From Pseudothermotoga sp. (GTDB taxonomy: Bacteria > Thermotogota > Thermotogae > Thermotogales > DSM-5069), in the NCBI GenBank assembly GCA_041640575.1, contig JBEPZZ010000023.1, positions 4,462 to 25,180 of the forward strand: DNA of 20,719 bases, read 5' to 3'. A program made the position numbers and the translations under genes. A model generated the notes under the pieces. It worked only from the letters and a program-made list of their open reading frames with translations, ran no database searches and was not told the DNA's origin. This document shows positions 9,467 to 17,534 of the stretch, one piece after another; position 1 is the first letter of the stretch, and each line of letters opens with the position of its first letter.

Positions 9467-9833
9467 GGTAACACTCCTTCTCATCTTTACCAATCAATAC
9501 AATGCTAAGACAGACTCATAAATTTTCACAGAAATTGTTTGTAACAATACTTTGACTGACTCTTACATACTTTTCTGCTTACATTACACTTTATCGAACA
9601 TCAACAAATAGGATGACCGAATCGATGAATCAAAACTATCCCGCCGAAAGTATTGTATTCAAAAAGGATGGTAAAATCCAGTTTCTCTGCCTTTAACTTC
9701 TTTTAAAGGCATCTTGCGCTGCATTGTTTTTTATTCAAAACTGCATAGAAATTGAACACTTAATACATCTTTTGTCTTAAAGATTAAAATGAACAAATCC
9801 AATCTCGGTGCTTGATGTGCAGAGGGTAGATGC

Positions 9834-9862
9834 AAAAATAAAGGGGGCAAGCCCCCTTTTTA
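9834..9862 (-). terminator. Rho-independent terminator after pepF (possibly bidirectional)
   Basis: AAAGGGGGC-AA-GCCCCCTTT hairpin (CUUG loop on the minus strand) with A/T tracts on both sides, directly after TGA TAA. Confidence 0.85.
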
Positions 9863-11626
9863 TCAAACTTGCTGAACGAGACTTTCAAGTACCTCTAAAC
9901 TTTCTGAGATTTTCCTTAAAGATTTTCTCCAGAATTCTTCGCTAGTTACATCTATACCAACTGATTTTGCTACATCTTCAGTTTTTCCTCTACCAGTTGA
10001 TGCAAGAAGCTTTTTATAGTCTTTGTAAAAATTACCACGTTCTTTTGCTACTTCAAATACTCCCAGTCCAAAGAGATAGCCAAAGGTGTATGGAAAGTTG
10101 TAGAAATGAAGCGTTGGGAAGTAATAATGTGGCTTTACTATCCAAGCATATGGATGTAGATAGTTGTGGTCCAAACCATCCCCGTAAGCTTTCTTCTGTG
10201 CTTCAATCATCATGTCTGAGATTTCTTTCGAACTGAGCGGGCCTTCTTTTCTTTTTTCAAAAACACTCTTTTCAAAAAGGTATCTGCTGTATATGTCTAT
10301 GATGAGCTGTACAGCATCTGAGAGTTCTTTATCAACCAATGAAAGCTTTTCTTCTCTTGTCAGATCCTCCGACTTGAGATATTCCATCACTAATGTTTCG
10401 TTGAAAATAGAAGCTGTTTCAGCCAAAACCATCGGTGTTATGGAGTTCATCGGTGTTTCATCCTTTAAACATTCATTGTGGAAAGCATGACCAAGTTCAT
10501 GAGCCAAAGTTAGTACGTTGTCCAAATGTCCTTCGAAAGTCATCAATATTCTAGATTCTTTGAGTGCCTTCACTGAGGAACAGAAAGCTCCTCCTCTTTT
10601 ACCTTTTCGTGGTTCTGCATCTATCCAATTTTTTTCAAATGCCGAATCGATAAACTTACCAAGTTCCTGCGAGAAATTGGAAAGCTTTTCAACAATTAAT
10701 TTTCTTGCTTCATCAAAGCTCCATTTTTTCGTGAAAGCTCCTATTGGCGCAAACAGCTCGTACCAAGGCAAAGCATTTTCATAACCCAAAAGCTTTGCCT
10801 TTAATTTCAAGTATTGCCTAATCGTTGGTAAGAAGTCTTCAATACTTTTCATCATGGTTTCAAAAGTCTTGGAAGAAATTCTATTCTCAAGAAGCATCGG
10901 TTCTATCGGCGAATCAAAGCCACGAAGTCTCATTTCGGTCAGAAATTCTCCTTTAATGCTGTTCAAAGAGAAAGCAATTGTTTCTGCTATAGTTTCACAT
11001 GCTTTGAGTTCAGCTTGGTAAGCGGCTTTTCTGACTTCTTTTCGTGGATCATATGCAAGGTTTCGAACAACCATTAAAGGCAGAGTTTTCTTTTCTCCTT
11101 CGATCTCAACCTCACACATTAAATTTGAGGTCAGTTTTGAAAACAATTGATTCCAAGCTTCCCCACCAGTAATACGAACCAAGCTCAAAAGTCTTTCTTC
11201 GCCATCAGAAAGGAGGTATTTTGCCCTTTCTTTAAGCTCACTTAAAGCGTATTTATGAGCAATGATAACTGGGTTAGAAAGCGACTCAAGTGAAACATCT
11301 TTTAGATACCTTGTGAAAACAACTCGTGCCACTGACAAATCCACGAATTTCTGTCGAATGACGTTCAGATATTTCAAAGCCTCTTCGTTGTTAGTGTTTT
11401 CACTGAGCTTTAGGCTTGCGTAGTTCATAAGCTTACTTGCAAGCAATGACAATTCGTTGAATTTGTTTACGCAGTATGAGATTTTTTCTTCGACGTTTTC
11501 CTGGCTAATCAAGTTTTCCTTTTGCCATCTGAGTAAAGCTTGAGTTTCTTCCTCCAAACGTTTAAGGTCAATTAAAAAGCTTTCAGATGAGAAAGATGGA
11601 TAAATGTTATCCAAATTCCACCTCAT
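9863..11626 (-). CDS. pepF: Oligoendopeptidase F (peptidase M3B)
   Basis: MRWNL N-terminus, GKRGGAFC, zinc motif HELGH, AETAS, HYY..FYNFPYTFG. ATG 11626 follows a GGGGTG RBS. Confidence 0.93.
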   Translation of the reverse strand: MRWNLDNIYPSFSSESFLIDLKRLEEETQALLRWQKENLISQENVEEKISYCVNKFNELSLLASKLMNYASLKLSENTNNEEALKYLNVIRQKFVDLSVARVVFTRYLKDVSLESLSNPVIIAHKYALSELKERAKYLLSDGEERLLSLVRITGGEAWNQLFSKLTSNLMCEVEIEGEKKTLPLMVVRNLAYDPRKEVRKAAYQAELKACETIAETIAFSLNSIKGEFLTEMRLRGFDSPIEPMLLENRISSKTFETMMKSIEDFLPTIRQYLKLKAKLLGYENALPWYELFAPIGAFTKKWSFDEARKLIVEKLSNFSQELGKFIDSAFEKNWIDAEPRKGKRGGAFCSSVKALKESRILMTFEGHLDNVLTLAHELGHAFHNECLKDETPMNSITPMVLAETASIFNETLVMEYLKSEDLTREEKLSLVDKELSDAVQLIIDIYSRYLFEKSVFEKRKEGPLSSKEISDMMIEAQKKAYGDGLDHNYLHPYAWIVKPHYYFPTLHFYNFPYTFGYLFGLGVFEVAKERGNFYKDYKKLLASTGRGKTEDVAKSVGIDVTSEEFWRKSLRKISESLEVLESLVQQV

Positions 11627-11661
11627 TGCTTCACCCCCTATTACGTTCGGTGTGCTAACCA

Positions 11662-11670
11662 ATTATACCA
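11662..11670 (-). promoter_or_regulatory. Possible extended -10 promoter for pepF
   Basis: TGGTATAAT on the minus strand about 36 nt upstream of the ATG; no consensus -35. Confidence 0.45.
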
Positions 11671-11701
11671 AAAAAGCAAAAATGCCGGCTTGCGCCGGCA
11701 T
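11670..11701 (-). terminator. Rho-independent terminator after the Spy/CpxP-like gene
   Basis: Minus strand ATGCCGGC-GCAA-GCCGGCAT (GNRA loop) followed by TTTTGCTTTTTT. Confidence 0.85.
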
Positions 11702-11732
11702 CGAGGGGGTGATGGTATAAAGAGGCTGTGGG

Positions 11733-12275
11733 TTACTTTGCGTAGTCCTCAAGAGCTTTCAAAATCTCATCAACAAAGAAGTTCAACTTTGAACCGATGT
11801 GGTATCTTGTTTTGAGTCTGTAGTTTCTCAAGGCACTGATCTGTTCAACAGTTATTACATCACCGATTTTTTGATTTGCTTCGCGGATGATTTCAGCTCT
11901 CTTTTGGTTCAAATTTCTAATAGTTTCACGATATTGATTTAGCGTCATATTTCTTGCCTGCTCTTTTAGTTGTTGATATTCCTTCTCCAAAGCGCTCAGC
12001 TTTTCCTTTGCTTCATTTACTATTTCCAAGATCTGCTTTGCTTGCTCTTTTGATAGATTCATAGCTTTGAAATATTCTGAATACACTTGCGGTCTAGATT
12101 CTCTTAACTTTTCGAAAAGCTGTTGTTTGTTTTGCATCAAAAGCTGCGGTGCTGAACGGTAACCAAATCCTGGTTTAACGCCACCTACCGGAAAACCACC
12201 TCGAACCATCGGAGCAGCCAATATCGTGGTTGAAATAACTACTACCACCAAAAGTACAATTAGAAACTTTTTCAT
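11733..12275 (-). CDS. Secreted alpha-helical protein, possibly Spy/CpxP (LTXXQ)-like
   Basis: GGAGGTG RBS before ATG 12275; Sec signal MKKFLIVLLVVVVISTTILA; Gly/Pro-rich N-terminus, coiled-coil core, LTXXQ-like LSKEQ and ITVEQ. The CDS is well supported; the family call is tentative. Confidence 0.6.
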   Translation of the reverse strand: MKKFLIVLLVVVVISTTILAAPMVRGGFPVGGVKPGFGYRSAPQLLMQNKQQLFEKLRESRPQVYSEYFKAMNLSKEQAKQILEIVNEAKEKLSALEKEYQQLKEQARNMTLNQYRETIRNLNQKRAEIIREANQKIGDVITVEQISALRNYRLKTRYHIGSKLNFFVDEILKALEDYAK

Positions 12276-12826
12276 AATTATCACCTCCGATAATATTGTC
12301 CCCCCTTTAGGTATGAACTGTTCTTGTTTTTAATGGAACTCTAATTGTTATCTGTAGATACCTGTAACTTGAGGAATGTTTTAAGGAAATTTTGAATCAG
12401 CAAAAGATATCAATGTGCAAGTGAAACTTGGCAAGGATGTTTTTTCTTTGGCATTAAATACTTATTTTTCAATTCTTCAAGGCGATCTAGATTTGAAGTA
12501 GGAAACACAAATTGATCTATCTATTACCCTTTTAGTTCATGAATCTTGAAGTGATTCCAAGAAATCCCCGAAAAAACTGCACCGTTAGGATTATTTACCT
12601 TGGTATCGCCATACTGATTGGGATAATTCTTGGTTGTTAATTTTTACAGCAATAGATTTCTTGCTTTTTTATCGCATGCTGTTAGTCTACTTGCGGATGC
12701 GTTGCCAAGAATATGTTCGTGTTCTACCCCTTCCTGCCATTAACAGTGCTGACTTTGCTTGGATTAAAGAATATGTTATTCTTTTTACTAGATTGTTCAA
12801 TGTATGCGTGGTGATTCAAAATATCT

Positions 12827-13318
12827 ATGCTAAGAAAAACTTTTCATTATATAGGAATCCTCTTGGTTTTAACGTTATTTTGGATAATACTCAATGAGAA
12901 AATTACTGTTCTACACACTGTCACAGGTGTTGTTACAGGATTTATTTGCATAATTTGCACCGAAAAATACCTACTCAAGCAGAAATATGCACTAAACTAT
13001 ACGCTCAGTTTCAAGGTTTTCGCAAAATATTTAGTGTATCTCTTTATCCAAATTTATGTATCCGGTATCACTGCAATTTATAGAATGCTTACCAACAAAG
13101 TCAACATAGGAGTAATCGAATATGAGAGTGACCTTGACAATGATTTTTTAATATGCGTCCTTGCCAATTCAATTACTCTAACTCCTGGTACCGTAACTTT
13201 AGATAAAAGTGGCAGAGTGCTGAAAATATTATGTTTGAATTGTCCAGAGAGTGATAAGGACAAGTTGCAACAAAGTATTAAACTTGAGCTTGAAAAACGT
13301 TTAAAGGGGGTAAGGTAA
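12827..13318 (+). CDS. mnhE: Mrp/Mnh Na+/H+ antiporter subunit E (MbhA-like)
   Basis: FWIILN start region and LANSITLTPGT signature. Confidence 0.92.
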   Translation: MLRKTFHYIGILLVLTLFWIILNEKITVLHTVTGVVTGFICIICTEKYLLKQKYALNYTLSFKVFAKYLVYLFIQIYVSGITAIYRMLTNKVNIGVIEYESDLDNDFLICVLANSITLTPGTVTLDKSGRVLKILCLNCPESDKDKLQQSIKLELEKRLKGVR

Positions 13319-13578
13319 TGAGGTTCGAAACCGCCATCCTTACCGCGTTGATAGTCTTATGCATAGGCCCTATCTTGAGAGCGATCATAGGCCCAACTGT
13401 ATGGGACAGAGTTTTAGCTCTAAATTTGCTATCTTCAAAAATTGTAATGATTATAGTAGTACTAGCCTTTTTAACCAGTAAATCGTATTTGCTGGATATT
13501 GCTATCGTATACGCGTTGCTCAGTTTTGTTAGTATTGTAATGATTTCAAGATTTGTTGAAAAGCGAGGTAAGCTATGA
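13318..13578 (+). CDS. mnhF: Mrp/Mnh antiporter subunit F (MbhB-like)
   Basis: GPTVWDRVLAL and YLLDIAIVYALLSF motifs, 3 TMs; TAATG coupling to mnhE. Confidence 0.92.
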   Translation: MRFETAILTALIVLCIGPILRAIIGPTVWDRVLALNLLSSKIVMIIVVLAFLTSKSYLLDIAIVYALLSFVSIVMISRFVEKRGKL

Positions 13579-13883
13579 GGGAATTAATTGGCAACACGTT
13601 GATAATTATAGCCTTGGCGTTTATATTTTCAGGAGTGTTTGGAATTTTTAAGTTCAAAGATTTCTATCCGCGCATACTGATATCATCAAAAGTAGATACT
13701 GTAGGGTTGGTTACATTGATGATAGGTATTATGATAAAATCAGGTTTGAATTTTTTCAGCTTAAAAATACTTACAGTTATGGTACTGTTCGCTATAACCA
13801 ATCCACTCTCAACCCATTCAATAGCACGATCCGCATATAAAAGTGGCTACAAGATTAAAAAGGAGACTTCTGAGAAGCCATGA
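13575..13883 (+). CDS. mnhG: Mrp/Mnh antiporter subunit G (MbhC-like)
   Basis: GIFKFKDFYPRI..SKVDTVG and TNPLSTHSIARSAY motifs; ATGA coupling. Confidence 0.9.
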   Translation: MRELIGNTLIIIALAFIFSGVFGIFKFKDFYPRILISSKVDTVGLVTLMIGIMIKSGLNFFSLKILTVMVLFAITNPLSTHSIARSAYKSGYKIKKETSEKP

Positions 13884-14833
13884 TCGTGAAAGTTCTTCCC
13901 ATCGTAATAGCACTATTTGCATTAGTGACTGTTGAAGTAAAACAATTGAAGTTGGCAATAATATATTTAGGGATTTTTTCGCTAATAAACGCTGTTGCAT
14001 ATATTTTTTATGGAGCACCCGATGTGTCTTTGGCGGAGGCCGTAATAGGCAGTACTTTGGCTACCATTATGTATTTAATTGCCATTAAGAAACATAATCT
14101 CATCAAAGCTGGCCATATCCGTGAAGAGAATAAGTTTTCCCTAAGCGATTTGTTTGGCAAGAAATATCGTGTTTTATTAGGTGGTTTTTGTGCTATCATA
14201 TGTATTTTAATTTTGAGTACTTACCTTAATTTTATTGAAGTTACAGGAACACCTGCATGGGATTATTATGTAAGGTTTTTTAAACAGGATACTGGTGCAA
14301 GCAATGCTGTAACGGCGATTTACCTTAACTATCGGGTCTATGATACGTTGTTCGAAGCCTTGTTGCTGCTTGTTAGTGTAATTGCAATAATTTACTTTTC
14401 ATGGCGAGCTGATGAATGGCTACGTACAGCAAAAAGTGATGAAAGAATTGATACCACTTCTGAAATTGTATCCACGGTAACCGGTTTTCTTTATCCATTC
14501 ATATTGTTATACGGTTTTTATCTTGCCATAAACGGGCATCTAACTCCTGGGGGCGGTTTTCAAGGAGGAGCTGTGTTGGCTGCCGTATTTATGCTCAGAT
14601 ATCTTTCTACACCATCATTGGATATGGATATTGTTGTGCTTCAAACTTTGGAAAAAATATTCTTCATATGTATTGTTTTGGTAGCTATATTTTTCATTCT
14701 TAATCAGCAGGGATTCAATTCTGCGTTTTTCAGTTCCTTGTATTTTGTATTTATGAATGTTTTGATAGGGTTTAAGGTATGCTGTGGTATATCAATAATA
14801 TTTTTCAGATTTATGTATCACCTAGGTAGGTAA
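13880..14833 (+). CDS. mnhB: Fused DUF4040/MbhD + MbhE-like + MnhB subunit
   Basis: GAPDVSLAEAVIG (DUF4040), GASNAVTAIYLNYRVYDTLFE (MbhE/MrpA C-terminal motif), GHLTPGGGFQGG (MnhB). Confidence 0.88.
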   Translation: MIVKVLPIVIALFALVTVEVKQLKLAIIYLGIFSLINAVAYIFYGAPDVSLAEAVIGSTLATIMYLIAIKKHNLIKAGHIREENKFSLSDLFGKKYRVLLGGFCAIICILILSTYLNFIEVTGTPAWDYYVRFFKQDTGASNAVTAIYLNYRVYDTLFEALLLLVSVIAIIYFSWRADEWLRTAKSDERIDTTSEIVSTVTGFLYPFILLYGFYLAINGHLTPGGGFQGGAVLAAVFMLRYLSTPSLDMDIVVLQTLEKIFFICIVLVAIFFILNQQGFNSAFFSSLYFVFMNVLIGFKVCCGISIIFFRFMYHLGR

Positions 14834-14896
14834 TAGTAGTATTTTGTTAAATTCACTGGTTAGCAACCAGTATAGGCGGAAAGGGTGGCATAAACA

Positions 14897-15235
14897 TTGT
14901 TAATAGGTGAGGTTGTAAGTTTCATAGTATTTTTTATTGGCATGTACGGTTTGATAACTCAAAGAAACATCGTAAAATCAATAATTTCCCTTGAAATCGT
15001 GAAAACAGCCGCGATATTGTATTTCATTGTATCTGGATATAAAGAAGGTTTACTCCCACCGATCGGAGAAGTTTCACCTTCTCAAATGGTTGATCCGCTT
15101 CCCCAGGCACTTATGATAACAGCTATTGTGATAGGGGTTAGTTCTACAGCCATAGCACTGACTATGTATATCCATCTGTATCGAAAGTATGGTACCAAAA
15201 ACTGGGAAGAAGCTATGAAGAAAAGGGTAATGTAG
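14897..15235 (+). CDS. mnhC: Mrp/Mnh antiporter subunit C (NuoK/MbhG-like)
   Basis: RNIVKSIISLEI and VDPLPQALMITAIVIG signature; TTG start after AAGGGTGG. Confidence 0.92.
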   Translation: MLIGEVVSFIVFFIGMYGLITQRNIVKSIISLEIVKTAAILYFIVSGYKEGLLPPIGEVSPSQMVDPLPQALMITAIVIGVSSTAIALTMYIHLYRKYGTKNWEEAMKKRVM

Positions 15236-16855
15236 ATGATACCAATATACCTTCTGATACTAGTTCCTATAATATTCGGCATCTTATTGTTCATAGTATC
15301 CGATAAATATTCAAAACAAGCTGCTGTGGTATTGCAGCTATTACTTGTATTTGCAAGCATACATAACTTCACGCGGCTAAAACTCTCCGAAAATTCTATA
15401 TACATGGAGTACTTAGGTGAATGGAGTAGTACCATTGGAATATCACTTAAGCTGGATTCAATTGCGGCAGTTCTGGTGACTTTGACCACAGTTTTGTTCA
15501 TGTTCGTACTTATCTTTGACATTAGAAGTAGCTATGTTAACAGGCTTTTCTTGATGCTTTTTCTCATTCTGGAAGGTTTGATGATAGGCATATTTGTTTC
15601 CCATGACTTTTTCAATGTTTTTGTATTATATGAAGTCTCTACTGTTGTTGTAAGCATACTGATCATGTTTCAGAAAGATAAACAATCGATATATGACGGG
15701 ATGATATACCTGCTTACCAATCAAGTTGCTATTCTGTTTTTCCTGTTTGGAACAGCAATTCTTTATAGAATGTTGGGTGTACTAGATTTTGCACTGATAC
15801 ATGAAAGGATGTATCTGTTAAAAGACACAAAAAGCTTAATTTTGCCTTATGCTTTTATAGTCACGGCTTTGAGCTTAAAAACTGCGCTCATGCCTCTTTT
15901 TAGCTGGCTACCTAGAGCTCATGCAACACCCAGTGCTCCTTCCATCGTATCTGGAATACTATCCGGTCTATTTGTGAAAAACGGCGTCTATCTCTTGCTA
16001 AGAGTACAAAGGATTTTTCAACCTTTCATCGATGTGTCAGATCTTTTTCTTTTGCTGGGATTTTTAACTGCGATTGTTGGTTCTTTTCTAGCCATTTCTC
16101 AAAAAGACATAAAACTTATACTCGCTTATTCCACCGTATCTCAAGTCGGATTTATCGTCATGGGGCTAAACATGAATAATCAACAAGCTTTTTGGGGGGC
16201 AATTTACCACATAATCAACCATGCCATTTTCAAATCTACTCTTTTCCTCACAGCCGGTATGATAAGTGATCAATATGGTACACGGAATATTTACCAGATA
16301 CGAGGAGCATTAAAAAGCATGCCTATCGCTTCTGTTGCATCAATATTGGCAATTCTTGGCGTTATTGGTGCTCCATTTTTTAATGGCAGCATGTCCAAGT
16401 ACTGGATCGCTTCTGGAGTAAAAGGCTCATTGCTAGAATTTGCAATTATTGTTGTGAATATTGCGACAATAACATACTTTTTAAAGTATGCCAAAATATT
16501 TTTCGGGCAACCAGCTAAATTATCTTCAACTGAAACAACTGAAACCACAGTACAAAAATTTATCGTTCTAATCATGGGCATTATGTGTCTTGCTGGGGGT
16601 ATCTTCGCCAAACAGTTTATAGGTTTCGCTTTTAATCAGTATCTGCGGGTAGACCCGCTTTCGTACATGGAAAAAACCTTGATGTTTATGTTTTCTCTTT
16701 TAATAGGGAGTTTTATCTACTTTGGAATCATAGAGAAGTACAAGTTGATCAAAACTGTGAAATCCTTTGAACTGTCATTCAACGATATATGCTTAGTTAT
16801 TTTTATATTCTTTTCATTCCTTTTCCTGTATTTGAAAGTAAAGCCTATGATTTAA
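15236..16855 (+). CDS. mnhD: Mrp/Mnh antiporter-like subunit D (MbhH/NuoM-N family) with C-terminal extension
   Basis: DFFNVFVLYE (TM5 Glu), LKTALMPLFSWLPRAH (TM7 Lys), SGLFVK (TM8 Lys), LAYSTVSQVG, NHAIFK, GAPFFNGSMSK (TM12 Lys). Confidence 0.92.
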   Translation: MIPIYLLILVPIIFGILLFIVSDKYSKQAAVVLQLLLVFASIHNFTRLKLSENSIYMEYLGEWSSTIGISLKLDSIAAVLVTLTTVLFMFVLIFDIRSSYVNRLFLMLFLILEGLMIGIFVSHDFFNVFVLYEVSTVVVSILIMFQKDKQSIYDGMIYLLTNQVAILFFLFGTAILYRMLGVLDFALIHERMYLLKDTKSLILPYAFIVTALSLKTALMPLFSWLPRAHATPSAPSIVSGILSGLFVKNGVYLLLRVQRIFQPFIDVSDLFLLLGFLTAIVGSFLAISQKDIKLILAYSTVSQVGFIVMGLNMNNQQAFWGAIYHIINHAIFKSTLFLTAGMISDQYGTRNIYQIRGALKSMPIASVASILAILGVIGAPFFNGSMSKYWIASGVKGSLLEFAIIVVNIATITYFLKYAKIFFGQPAKLSSTETTETTVQKFIVLIMGIMCLAGGIFAKQFIGFAFNQYLRVDPLSYMEKTLMFMFSLLIGSFIYFGIIEKYKLIKTVKSFELSFNDICLVIFIFFSFLFLYLKVKPMI

Positions 16856-17534
16856 AAGGCACTCGTTGTTTTTCTGTAAAAACTTCGCCACTCTTTGACA
16901 GTTCAAAATTACCTTCTAGTCCTTAGTTATATTACTTTGAGATTTGCAGATCACTAACTAATATGAGATCAATCTCGTCTTTGCTAATAAACAAATAAAT
17001 GTTCTCTGTGTCGGTGTGATGAGCTTTACAGTGTTAAGTTTTATCGTCAAAATCGGTATCGATGCTTGAAAAACCGAAAATATGATGGCAAACGTGGAAA
17101 AAAGAAACATCCACAATTATCTTGCAATGTCACATGACACGCAGATTGTTCTGAAATTAATGATTTTTCTAATAGTGGAAAGTAACATCGCAAAGCCTCT
17201 CGATATTCCTGTTTAACCTCCGGCTAAAGATGTTTTGACGGTGTTTATTATTGCAGACAATGTATGACTGACATTACTGGTTGAAACTTACTTAGCTTAA
17301 CACAATAAAACTTGACAGTCACCAAATAAAAACAGTACTGGTTGAGGAACTTCACTGTTCTACATTCGAGGTTTTAAATCATCCAGCAAACTGTTGACTT
17401 AAACAATTTCAAAAAACAATGTTATGATAACTTTTTTCTTGTGATGAAAATGTTGATTTTTCAGCTTTTCAAACCGATTTTATGTGCGAAGTTGGGTTAC
17501 AAATCAAAAGGATGAAAGGATATCTACATAATCT

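Noticed and set aside
12300..12826. Possible Na+, Li+, fluoride or c-di-AMP riboswitch upstream of the mrp operon
   Set aside because: No conserved core or terminator recognisable by eye; an Rfam/Infernal scan would be needed to exclude it fully.
12634..12897. 87-aa plus-strand ORF before mnhE
   Set aside because: No RBS, no recognisable motif, overlaps mnhE by 71 nt; at best part of a decayed gene.
15082..15522. 146-aa minus-strand ORF (and other short antisense ORFs in the track)
   Set aside because: Antisense to well-supported genes and without recognisable motifs.
17085..17250. Fragments resembling a c-di-GMP-I riboswitch (GGCAAA, CGCAAAGCCTC, CCTCCGGCTAAA)
   Set aside because: Spacing is wrong, the P2 GNRA stem and 3' pairing strand are absent, and no gene lies downstream on that strand.
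12349..17530. TGTAGATA / TATCTACA as terminal inverted repeats of the mrp block
   Set aside because: Only 8 bp in AT-rich DNA, with no target-site duplication or transposase.
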